Assembly (NCBI RefSeq): GCF_004010195.1
Contig: NC_057718.1
Coordinates: forward strand, 85,371,625-85,435,624
DNA length: 64,000 nt
Direction: 5' to 3'
Origin: Chiloscyllium plagiosum
Taxonomy: Eukaryota
Notes under the pieces: generated by a model
Database searches by the model: none
What the model saw: only the letters and a program-made list of their open reading frames with translations
Told to the model about the DNA's origin: nothing
In this document: positions 12,079 through 22,990 of the stretch, piece by piece
Position numbering within the stretch: position 1 is the stretch's first letter
Layout: every line of letters starts with the position of its first letter
Position numbers and translations under genes: made by a program

Positions 12079-12595
12079 AAGGAAAGCCCCAGTGATCCAT
12101 GTCCTCTACCCGGTGCATGGGAGCACTTAATCCAGCAGAAGATCAGTGATTGAGAAACTTGCCACCTTCCCACCTTTCCACCTGATTAGGTCCATGGTGG
12201 GAAGATGCATGGACGGTTTTCTTATCCCGCCAACAACTTAGCCTCTAAATATTAACTCAGCCGCAGTAAATGGGGAGAAGGGGGTCAGCTTGATGTGTGG
12301 GGTTGCTCCAGATCTCCCAAAGGCAGTGCCTCACTCCATGGCTTGGTTGGGATACCCAGCATCCGGGCTAGGAGGGCCTACTGATAGCCAGACCCACTGC
12401 CCTTCCTGCCATTACTTCTCTGGTGGTGCTGACTTCTGATTGCCTGGCAGTTTTTGATGGTTGAGTCTTCTGCCCTGGGGTTCTTAATTCTGCGAAAGGT
12501 CTGAGACTGTCCAATTAAGTGTCTGAGTGGCTATTATTTCACTGGGCCTTCTGTAAGAAGAGCAACACAAAAATCATGCCATCTCCCCAGGCAGT

Positions 12596-12887
12596 GGTTT
12601 AGGGTGAGAGGGGAAAGATATAAAAGAGACCTAAGGGGCAACTTTTTCACTCAGAGGGTGGTTACGCGTATGGAGTGAGCTGCCAGAGGATGTGGTGGAG
12701 ACTGGTACAATTGCAATATTTAAAAGGCATCTGGATGGGTATATGAATAGGATGGGTTTGGAGGGATATGGGCCGGGTGCTGACAGGTGGGACTAGATTG
12801 GGTTGGGATATTTGGTCAGCAAGGATGGGTTGGATCAAAGGGTCTGTTTCTGTGCTGTACATCTCTATTACTATGACTATGACTATA
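12596..12887 (+). mobile_element. CR1 LINE 3' fragment
   Basis: Highly similar to 11791-12078. (ACTATG)n tail. Confidence 0.9.
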
Positions 12888-13834
12888 TACTGTATCCCAA
12901 ATGTTATTTTGTCTACCTAATTTGTATTTGAATAAATTAGTACCAACTAGGGTGGGCTACCTGGAAAAGTTAATTTAATTCAGTGTTATTAATTAAAGTA
13001 ACTTAATTTAAGTAAATTATGGGCAAAGTTTCCATAGTCCCAGAGGACAATAGGACTGCTCTCTCATGAGCGAGAGAAAGAGAGAAATAATTGGTGGTGG
13101 TTTAACCTGAGGGTCTCCAGGTCTCAGAGAAGTAGGGACCTTCATGATCATCTCAATTTACCAAGCTTAACAGGTTGCTGCAGTGTAGAAAGGTATTACA
13201 ACACGAAGATAAGTTATTGCAATATGACTTCCAGTTGAAGTTCATGATGTTTTTGGTGTAAGAAAATAACTTCACTTATTTACTCATATCCTACACTGTT
13301 CAGCATTTTATGTTATGTGCTTCCAAGAATTATTGGATTAAGTGGTGCAGGGGATTTCTGATTCTGTTACATGATTGGAATGAATGTATGGTTACTCAAA
13401 GTGCAGAAGAAAAAAATAAATTAACTGGAAAAGAAAACAACTAAAAAGTTATTTGGCAAATGCTTATATCTAACAATTAAACACTTTTTCATATTTATAA
13501 CTGTTATCTTATTATAAATGTTTTAAAGAGAAAGCTAAACTTACATAATTTCACATTTGAAATGTGAATGTAATTCATACTGATAACTGACTTTTGTGGT
13601 GGTGTGTAGTACCTGCGCATTATTAGCTGAACATTCGCTGACCTTTGCTGAGAGTAAGCACCTTGTAGCAACTACACGCCAACGTTCTCGCTTCTGTTGC
13701 TTTTGTTATTCTTTGACAGAAAACTTTAAGAGGAACTAGAAACAAAAACAACTAGTTAACCTCACAATTTGAATATTTATTAAGACAGAAGAATTAAGAG
13801 CAAAGGAGAGCTAAGAGCTTTTACATGTCCTTGA

Positions 13835-14180
13835 ATTAATTCTGTACCATCCATCACAGCACCCTTTAATGAGTTACTGAATTGTTTATCACAGACCCCT
13901 TTAGTGAGCTACTCAGTGTCCCACTACGTTGTCCATGAAGGGGCTACTAGACTGTCCATGACTGTGCTGTGTAATGAGCTTTCGCACTGGCCATTACAGT
14001 ACCTTTTATTGAGTAATTAGACTGTTCATTACAGCACCCTTTAAGGGATTATTGCATTGTCCATTACAGCAGCCTTCCTTGAGTTACTGAACTGTCTATT
14101 ATAGCACCTTAATGAGTTACTGGCATATCCATGATAATGTCATTTAAGAAATTACTGAGTTGTCCAGTACAATACATTAT
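13835..14180. repeat. Diverged 35-bp minisatellite, about 10 units
   Basis: Consensus approximately TGAGTTACTGAACTGTCCATTACAGCACCCTTTAA. Unit starts at 13870, 13905, 13940, 13975, 14010, 14045, 14080, 14113, 14148. Confidence 0.85.
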
Positions 14181-15924
14181 TAGCACATGTATGACATATT
14201 GACAAAATGCTTTGGAGAGCAAAGAATTACAAATCTGAACACGTAAAACATTATCTTAAATACTGTATCCCTAAAGTGACATAAAAACTGTATATAAACA
14301 CTAGGCTCTCTGAAGCTGATTATGAAGCATCCCACACCAATGCTTTAAAATGATAAGATACATGTTGCATACACAAAATTCTTAGAATCACCTAAACCTG
14401 GGAGGCTCTAAACATTATGGGAACAGAATCTCAGTAAACTGCGTTACGACTGAAATGTGCTTTAAAATGATTTTCCGAATTCAGGTTATGTAACGAAAAA
14501 TTATAATTATTCCTGACAGAATGGAATAGTTCTAATAATAATATAACTCTATTCTGATTTTCAGCTCATGAGCCTGCAATAATGTAGCTTTGATGTGAAG
14601 TAGTTTGACAAGTGAACCTGCAGGGGTTTCCAGGAATACAGTTCGCAGTCATTTCTGAATTAGCTGTCAATTGTTAGTCTCATTACTGACTATTAAACAT
14701 TAGTCATGCAGATAACAGAGCAAAAAGTTAGAGAACAATGCACACAATGGCCGATTTGTTAGCAAGGCCTGGAGAGACTCACATCTACAATGTCTTGCTC
14801 CATTTGGGTGCGTGTGTCCGTGTAGTATTGTGTCTGTAATCACGATCAATAAATATCTATAACAGTTCCCTAGCAAGTAAATTATTTTAGAATTTGTGGC
14901 TAAGCACAGTTCCAAAGAAGTCTAATGTTAGGTGCAGTCAAACTGCTACTTAGGTTGCTCAGATCATTATCTGTGATGAAACCTCATAATATATTATCAT
15001 TAGTTGGGAACTTGGGTTCTAAAATAGTATTAAAATGGATTTTGGTTTTCAGGCCTAAAATTTTCCTTTAAAGGATCATAAAGTCATTTGAACAGTGATA
15101 TCTAAAGCATTTCCAAGAAAGCCTGTGATTTTGGATAAATGACCAACAATCTAGCCAGGGAAATAATTGTTTGCTCACTTGAGTTTTACAATCTAGAAAG
15201 AGAGAAATGATGGAGGTAGAAAAAGGTGCATTGAGAGAGAAAAGGTCCATGAAAACAGAAGTGCTATCAATACCAAACAATTATGGCTGTGGAGAAGACC
15301 TGAGCACTTTGAAGAAATCTCTACAAGCCAAAGGTTGGATGTATCAGAGGAAGACATCCTACAAGCTCTGAAAGACATGAGTTTAAGGGATCCATGATAA
15401 ACATAATAGTGAGCTGGGTTATCCATGCATTTTAATGTTTTAGAGGAAGGCAGTAATTGAAGAAAATAGTATTGGGTCAATATTCAGCAACATATCATAG
15501 CTGTTACGGCTGAGCAAGAGGCTTTAGTATGGAGTTAGGAGTGGCTTTCACTGAGGTTTGAGCTTGTGTAAGGTTACTGTTGGAGTAAAAGAGTGGAATT
15601 CTTTTTCTGATGATGGTAATTTCCAAACACTTAGAGCTGGAGGCATGTCCTAAGTTGCTTAGAAGAAAACTCTGGAGAGGAAAGGCTCATATTCGTTTTG
15701 AGTTGGTTCCAAATAGTTCTCATATGGTGTAATATAGGTTAAGTTTATCTTTTGTGGAAAAGCTTGTTTATGTGCTTTTTGTTATAAGTACATAGGGAGC
15801 CTCTGAGTATGTTCACTGGAGGAAATACAAAAATAAAACATATGGTCTGTCATCCAGGTTCTACTCTAGGATCTGACTTGTCCAGTATTATCATCAGCTT
15901 GCATCACAACATATTATACATGAT

Positions 15925-16120
15925 GTAGAGGTGCTGGTGTTGCACTGGGTTGGACAAGGTCAGAAGTCACACAACACCAGGTTATAGCCCAACAGATTTA
16001 CTTAAAATCACAAGCTTTTGACACCTCCTTCAGGTAACCTGACAACAGAGCTATGCTCTGAAAGTATGTGATTTCAAATTAACCTATTGAGCTACAACCC
16101 AGTATCATGTAACTTCTGGA
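15925..16120. mobile_element. Fold-back (inverted) short element, probably PLE-end derived
   Basis: Arms 15961-16018 and 16061-16118 are imperfect reverse complements. The centre holds CTGACAA-CAGAGC-TAT-GCTCTG-AAAG, a decayed hammerhead-like core. Confidence 0.65.
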
Positions 16121-16519
16121 CATATTATAGTCTTCACTTGAAATAGTTTAGGAACTATATAATTCAGGTTGACCAAGCTGCCACTTTACTAGTCTAATTT
16201 TATTTGTCCAAAGGAAGAAACAAAGGTATTTCTGATGAAAGGTCAGTGACTGAAATATTAACGCTGTTTTTCTTCACAGATACTTCTGCCTGCTGAGTGT
16301 TGCCAGATTTTGCTTTCGCAGAAACTTCCTTCTTTTCTGTCTCTCAACCAGAACAACAGTGTGTTTTTATATTGAATGAAGTGGTATCCTAGTGGCACTG
16401 GCATTTGTTGTATGAAAGCACTGTTGGATTTACAAGGTCAATAACTGAGTAGATATGCTGGTTTTGTGGTCAAATGCCTGAGCCAATTGATACATTGGCA
16501 TTTTGTGTGGGATAAACTG

Positions 16520-17160
16520 CACAAGTCCTGCAGCAAAAGACTTTTGTATCACATTTTTTCAGAACTTCACAACATCTCAAAGCACTTTGGAGAAAATTCA
16601 ATACCTTTGAAGTAGGGCTGCTGTTGTAATTTTGAAATATAGCAGTCAAATTGTACATAGGAAATTTCCACTACCAGCAATGAAACACTGATGCAAAATA
16701 TTGCCAATTCTGTAAATTTGAAATAAAACCAGAAAATGCAGGAAATACACTGTGCAACTGTGGTAATGAAACAGAGTTAACGTTCAGGTCAATGACTTTT
16801 GACACAAAATGTTAACACTGTTTCTCTCTCCACAGATGGAGTACTTCCAGCATTTTCTGAATTATTAGCAATGTAATATATTACCAGCAAATCTGTTTTA
16901 ATGACATTGTCAGAAAGATAAATACTCCAGAACACAAGGGAGAATTATCTTTCTATTTTTCTAGAACAGTGTGATGGGATGTTTTACATACATTTAAGGC
17001 GGAGGACAGGGCCTCAGTTTCGCATGTTATCCAAAGACAGCATCTCTGACAGTGCAGCACTCCTTCAGTATTGCAATTAAGAGTCAACTCAGGTATTACG
17101 TTCAAGTCCCTGAATGTGATTTGAACTCACAATTTTCTAACTTAGACTGTTAATAATGAA
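16520..17160 (-). mobile_element. Deu-domain SINE (SacSINE1/AmnSINE-like) with nested inverted PLE-end pair at about 16700-16865
   Basis: Reverse complement of the Deu core (CTGACAGTGCAGCACTCCTTCAGTATTGCA, GGGCCTCAGTTT, GATGGGATGTTTTACAT). Confidence 0.7.
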
Positions 17161-17612
17161 ACAGAACTGCCATAACAAAGAAAGTTTGGAAGAATTGAAA
17201 TTCCTAAGCTTTCAAATACTTAAGTCCTTAAAGATCTGAGTGCTGCTTGAAAACCATTACAAAGGTCACAAGAATTTTGGGTTTATATGTAAAATTATTA
17301 TTAAAAGAATAAAGACGTAATGTTGAATTTATATAGTTATATACTTTACGTACTGAAGTATTGAGTTTTTCGTTTTAATAATGGGATGGTCATTTAAGAC
17401 AGAGGTGAGGAAGAATTTACTTTCTCAAAGGCTAGTGGATTTCTTTACTACAGATGGCTGCAGAGTCGGGATTATTAAGTATATTCAAGGCTGAGATAAG
17501 AAAGGACAATAAAGCACAAGAGAATTTCGTAATGAGCACCTATAGTTATGAGGAAACGGTTCACTTCAATGAAGTCAATTTTAATGTGCCAATCCATTAT
17601 CACCCTGTACCT

Positions 17613-17698
17613 GTTTCTAAGTGCAGTGGTAATCATGGGGATTACCCCATGCTCGGCTCACATGTGCAAGGTACCTGGTTCAAATCCAGTCAGAAACA
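17613..17698 (+). pseudogene. tRNA-Val(CAC) pseudogene with a 14-nt insertion
   Basis: GTTTCT/AGAAAC acceptor stem with discriminator A, AGTGGT A-box, anticodon loop CTCACAT and T-loop GGTTCAAATCC. Collinear with vertebrate tRNA-Val, but the anticodon stem is mismatched. Confidence 0.75.
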
Positions 17699-18446
17699 TT
17701 ATCAAAGCCTGCTCACTTAAGCATGAGAAAAGAATTGCCACCCTAACATGTGTACCATACAAACAGTAACGGTGAGAGTTACTGTTGCTGGATTCTCTAT
17801 AACCATGAAGAGCCAGTTTAAAAGTATTCTCTCATTTGCTACCCTGAGCGAATCTGATCCATGCATTTGATGCATGGGATCTAAAGGAAAGAGAGAATCA
17901 TTCTGACTGCTTGCTACACTTTCATGGACATGTGCATACCTTAGTGAACAAGATAAGCGATGCTTTCAAGAGATAAGCAAGGTGTTTTCAAGCCTCCTGT
18001 GATTTATGGACATCATAGTTCGAGAATCAAGTTTTAATTTAACCCAACTGCAATGTTAGTATAAGATGTTAAAAATAGGGATGTTAAAAATTGTACGATT
18101 TCCTTAGAACAACTCTATATATTAATTAAACAGAATAATCTAACTGGATGGAAGACAAAAAAATCATTAGAATTTGCAAGCCTTGTGTCATTTCATTGGT
18201 GCATTTGAAAGCGTCCCAATTAATCTAGTGAGTTGATTTTTGAAGTAAAATGCTTTTTTCCCATATCCTCTGAAACACAGAAGCATTTACATTAAAGACA
18301 TAGAAATGTTGTCAGTGCTGGAATGTAGGAAATATAGCTGTGAATTTCAAACAGGTGTGGTCCCACCAATGTCCTGTACAAATGCAACAACCTTGCACTT
18401 CCCTGCTCCTGTACTCAAATCCACTCATTATGAAGGTAAACATACT

Positions 18447-18915
18447 AGCGAGCTTTGAGAAGATGTGTAGCTCAGGTTGACGTTCTGGACGTAGATTTGC
18501 TTGCTGAGCTGGAAGATTAGATTAGATTAGATTAGATTACAGTGTGGAAACAGGCCCTTCGGCCCAACAAGTCCACACCGACTCGCTGAAGCGAAACCCA
18601 CCCCTACCCCTACATTTACCCCTTACCTAACACTACAGGCAATTTAGTATGGCCAATTCACCTGACCCTGCACATCTTTGGATGGTGGGAGGAAACCGGA
18701 GCACCCGGAGGAAACCCACACAGACACGGGGAGAACGTGCAAACTCCACACAGTCAGTCGCCTGAGGCGGGAATTGAACCCGGGTCTCAGGCGCTGTGAG
18801 GCAGCAGTGCTAACCACTGTGCCACCGTGCCACCGTGCCGCCCACCGTGCCGTTCATTTTCAGAGGTTTTGTCACCATTCTAGGTAACATCTTCAATGAG
18901 CCTCTGGACAAAGCC
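18447..18915 (-). mobile_element. Short PLE-type element interrupted by a SINE
   Basis: 18447-18514 and 18852-18915 appear to rejoin (CTGGAAG|TTCATTTTC). The minus strand carries TTGAAGA-T-GTTACC-TAGAAT-GGTGAC-AAAA-CCTC, a decayed hammerhead-like core. Confidence 0.55.
18515..18851 (-). mobile_element. HE1-type tRNA-derived SINE
   Basis: The minus strand has GGCACGGTGGCACAGTGGTTAGCACTGCTGCCTCACAGC (A box), GGTTCAATTCC (B box) and a (TAATC)n tail. The 5' end motif is triplicated. Confidence 0.92.
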
Positions 18916-18924
18916 TATAGTAAA

Positions 18925-19247
18925 TTAGATTAGATTACTTACAGTATGGAAACAGGCCCTTCGGCCCAACAAGTCCACACCGACCCTCCGAAGAGCAACC
19001 CATCCCCCCACATTTACCCCTTCACCTAACTTTACGGGCAATTTACCATGGCTAATTCACCTAAACTGCACATTTTTGGATTGTGGGAGGAAACCGGAGC
19101 ACCCGGAGGAAACCCACGCAGACTCGGGGAGAATGTGCAAACAGACAGTTGCCTGAGGCGGGAATTGAACCCGGATCTCTGGTGCTGTAAGGCAGCAATG
19201 CTAAACCCTGTGCCACTATGCCACCCACTAGTGCCACTGTGCCACCC
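18925..19247 (-). mobile_element. HE1-type tRNA-derived SINE
   Basis: Second tandem copy with the same head, body and tail. Confidence 0.9.
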
Positions 19248-20923
19248 ACAAATAGTACATACTATTTGCCTTCTTTACCACCTGCTGCACCTGCATGCCT
19301 ACCTTCAGCGACTGATATGCAAGGGCACCCAGGCCTTGTTGCACTTCCCCATTTCCCAAACTATCGCTATTCAGATAATAATCCGTCTTTTGTTTTTGAT
19401 ACTAAGATGGATAATGTCATATTCATCCACATTATGCTTCATCTGCCATGCATTTGCCACTCAATCACATTGTCCAAATCACACTGAAGCATTTCTGCAC
19501 CTTCCTCACAATTCATCCTCATGCCCAGATTTGTATCATGTATAAACTTGAGACATTACATTTAGTTCCCTCATCTAAATCATTAATATATATTGTGAAT
19601 AACTGGAGTGCAAGTCTTGGTTGCCACTCAGAAAATGACTCATGTATTCCTGTTCCTTTTTTCCAATCTGACAACCAGTCATCAATCCATGTCAGAGCAC
19701 TACCTCCAATCCCACACTCATATCTTATGGGTAGTGGAGCCAGATGACAATTCAAAATGCGTTAGCACTTGCAACAAGGCAATGCTCCCTTAGTACTGTA
19801 TGAAATGTCAGCCACAGTTATGGTTTCAAATTTCTAGAGGAGGCTCAAACTCACATCTGAATGACTCAGGTACACATATGCAGCCAGTGAATAAAACTTC
19901 TGGTTTATCATTTACTGTGTTGGACCTGTGGCAACTGTGACACAGACTTCATGCAATGCATGTGTGATGTCTCATCATGTGCAATTTCTCAAACTCATTT
20001 TTATTCAGCTCATTCATTTGTAAATATATGTCATTGGGGGAATGGGGTGAATTTAATTTGTGATTGCTTTCCACACCTTAAGCCTGAGACAGGAAGGCAT
20101 TGTTTGATTTACACCTTTCCCTTTTCACTCCTGTCCCTTCCTGAGGTAGGCTGTGGGGTGTTCCCCAAACTCTGCTTTTCAGATCCGAACACTTGAAATA
20201 AACCCACAGCAAAATCCTTTAAGGTTAAATCAAAGATAGGGTTTATTAGTAATACATTAAATGTATGAGATAATTGCATCACTCCTCCATCCACACACAA
20301 GCACTTAGGAAATTAAAGAAGATAGTACTGGAAGTAGGTTATAAATGGTAAGTTTTGGTAAATTATGAGGTATTAAAACTCTGTTCATGTGACTTAAAGC
20401 TTTCTGGACATTGTGTCCAATTATAATTTCCTTGGTGAGCTGGGCCAAGTTGTTTTCTTTCTTGTGTAGACAAATTTGGCTATTTTTCTGTCATCAACTT
20501 GAATACAAAGATATGGCTTCAAAGATAGGCTGCTAACTCAGCCTGTAGTCCTACTCTCTCTCTCAGACAGCATAAATAACAAAGACTAGGAATCACAGAA
20601 CTCAAAAGTCTGACTTCAGTCATGTGACAAAGTGTTTCTGTGCTGATGAACCACCTCAGAGGGTGATTTGGAAGATTACTAAGTTACCAATACAGCTTTA
20701 CCTCCATCATAAGAGTTTCCATTTAAGACGAGGATGTAAATGTAAAAGTATTATGCCCATTTTTATATAATGGAGTTTGATGCTTTCCTTGATGGAGTGT
20801 CTCCATATAGCTGCTTTCGCTGGAATGTCTATACAATGCAGAGGGTTCAGAAACTCCTGCAATTACAATCATGTGATCAGCCTCAGCCAGGTTACGAGTC
20901 CAACAAGGTTGCCCACTTTTCAG

Positions 20924-22109
20924 AACCAGGAGACAGTGGGGACTGCAGAAGCTGGAGAGTCAGAATTGATAAAGTGTGGTAGTGGAAAATGGACAGCAGG
21001 TCAGGCAGCATCTGAGGAGCAGGAGAGTCAACGTTTTGGGCAAGATCTCCTCCCACCTCCCCTCCTGTAAAATTGCAACCTCCAACTCCCAATTCCTCCA
21101 GCATATCTGCTCTCAGGATGAGCACTTTTATTCCAGGACATCCGCCTACTTCAAGGACTGTAATTTTCCCTCCCAGTCATCAACGGTGCCTCCATTTCCC
21201 ACACTTCTGTCCTTGAACACCAACCCCCGTGACCTCAACAAAGATAGAAACTCTGTTCCTCACATTCAAACCCACATATCTCCAAATCCAGCGCATCATC
21301 CTCCTTTACTTTCGCCATCTACAGTCAGACCTCACCATCAAACATATATTTCCCTCCCCACCCCTATCTGCATTCCATTTCAACTATTGCCTCTGCGACT
21401 CCCTCATTAGGTCCACCCTGCCCACTGACACCCTCTCCCCTCCTGGTACCTTCCCTTGCCACCACATGAGGTGCAACCAGTGACCACACCGTCTCAAAGC
21501 CCTAAAGGATCACTTCAAATCCAGCAGAGATTTACTTGTACATCCTCCAACCTCATCGCTCTTAATGTGGTCTCCTCTACATCAGAGAGACCAAATGCTA
21601 ACTTGCAAGGAACATCTCTGGTCCATATGCACTAACCAACCCCACCTTCCTGTGGCTGTCCACTTCAACCCCCATCCCACTCTCCTAAGGACAGAGCTAT
21701 TCTGAGCCTCCTCACTGCCTACACAAGGCTACCTGCAAACCAGAGAAGGAACACCTCAGGAGCCTACAACCACATGGCATGAACATCGAATTCACCAGTT
21801 TCCAAATCTCCCCTCGCCCAACCCATCCTATATCCAACCCTCTGACTCAGATCTGCCCTCTTGACCTGACCTACCTGTCCATCTTCCTTCCTACCTATCC
21901 ACTCCGCTGACCTATCACTATCACCTACTTTCGCCCACCTATTGCCTACCTTTCCCCTAGCCCCACCCCCTTTTTTCACAATTTATTTCCCAATCCCCTT
22001 CCCCCTCCCCAGTCCTGAAGAAGGGTCCTGCATGAAACGTTATCCATCTTGCTCCTTGGATGCTGCCTGACCTGCTGTACCTTTTCCAGTTCAATTCTTT
22101 ATCAATTCC
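20924..22109 (+). mobile_element. 5'-truncated Penelope-like element with inverted 5' terminal repeat and TSD
   Basis: Decayed RT-thumb and GIY-YIG region (FTCTSSNL...CGLLYIRET). The 3' terminal repeat at about 22011-22109 has an inverted copy at about 20928-21048. 13-bp duplication GCCCACTTTTCAG at 20911-20923 and 22110-22122. Confidence 0.85.
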
Positions 22110-22864
22110 GCCCACTTTTCAGTGAAACAGCATTCTAAACACAAAAATAAGGAAGAGAATGCAGTTTTCTTTGGGAATTCCCTCTATGCATTCTGGCTAT
22201 GACAACATAGGTAGGCAAAATCACTTAGTTCACTGATATCTGGTATATCAACAGAATACACAACAGGTGCATTATCTAGGGCTTGGATGGGAAGTGGTGG
22301 AAACTAATTTCCTAAATTCCCTGTGAATTCCTATAGCATATACCTTGGGTCGGGTTGGGGTGAGAGCTCTGTTTGCTCAGTTTGCTGGACTGCTGGTTTG
22401 TAATGCAAAATAACATCAACAGTGTGAGATCAATCCTGCACCAGCTGAGGTCCTTATGGAGGACTCTCATTTCAACCTTTCCCCTCCCTGAGGCATGCTG
22501 ACCCTTTCCCTAACGAGGGAGTGGGATTGTGGTGACTTTACTGCAACTCTTGAATCACTTGACAACCCTGCCTTCATAATATGGGTATGTGCAGACAAGT
22601 AAGCACAATCCTAAAATGAAAGTCAGGCTGTGCTAAAGCAATGCCAGACACCAGTTCTCCATACACTAGTGTAAGTGTGGAACCCTCTAGCCCCAGAAGA
22701 TGTTTGAACTTAGAAAGTGTCAAAACTGAGGTTGATTGATTTTTGTTTTAGGGGGCAGATGAGGTTATAATACAGACAAGCAGGATCTAATTGAATGGCA
22801 GCACTGGCTCTGGGGTGAGGGTTAAATGGCCTCGTCTTTGTCCCCTGTCCCTTTGATAAAACTA

Positions 22865-22990
22865 AAATACTGTAACTGCTGGGAATCTGATGTATAAGCA
22901 GAAAATGCTGGAGAAACCCATCGGGTCTGGCAGCATCTGTGGAGGGAGTAACAGAGTTAACATTTCCAGTTCAGTGACTCTGCTTCTGAA
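22865..22990 (-). mobile_element. Short PLE terminal-repeat derivative
   Basis: GAAAATGCTGGAGAAA...TCTGGCAGCATCTGTGGAG...ACAGAGTTAACATTTC is the reverse complement of the family at 26020 and 47167. Confidence 0.7.

Noticed and set aside
13595..13690. Hairpin GTGTAGT...ACTACAC as a pre-miRNA
   Set aside because: Pairing is limited to a short outer stem and I recognise no mature miRNA.
13835..14180. CRISPR-like array
   Set aside because: Eukaryotic context and contiguous homologous units without unique spacers.
20150..20760. Possible solo LTR
   Set aside because: Composition is LTR-like, but I could not fix the termini or a TSD and there is no second copy in the window.
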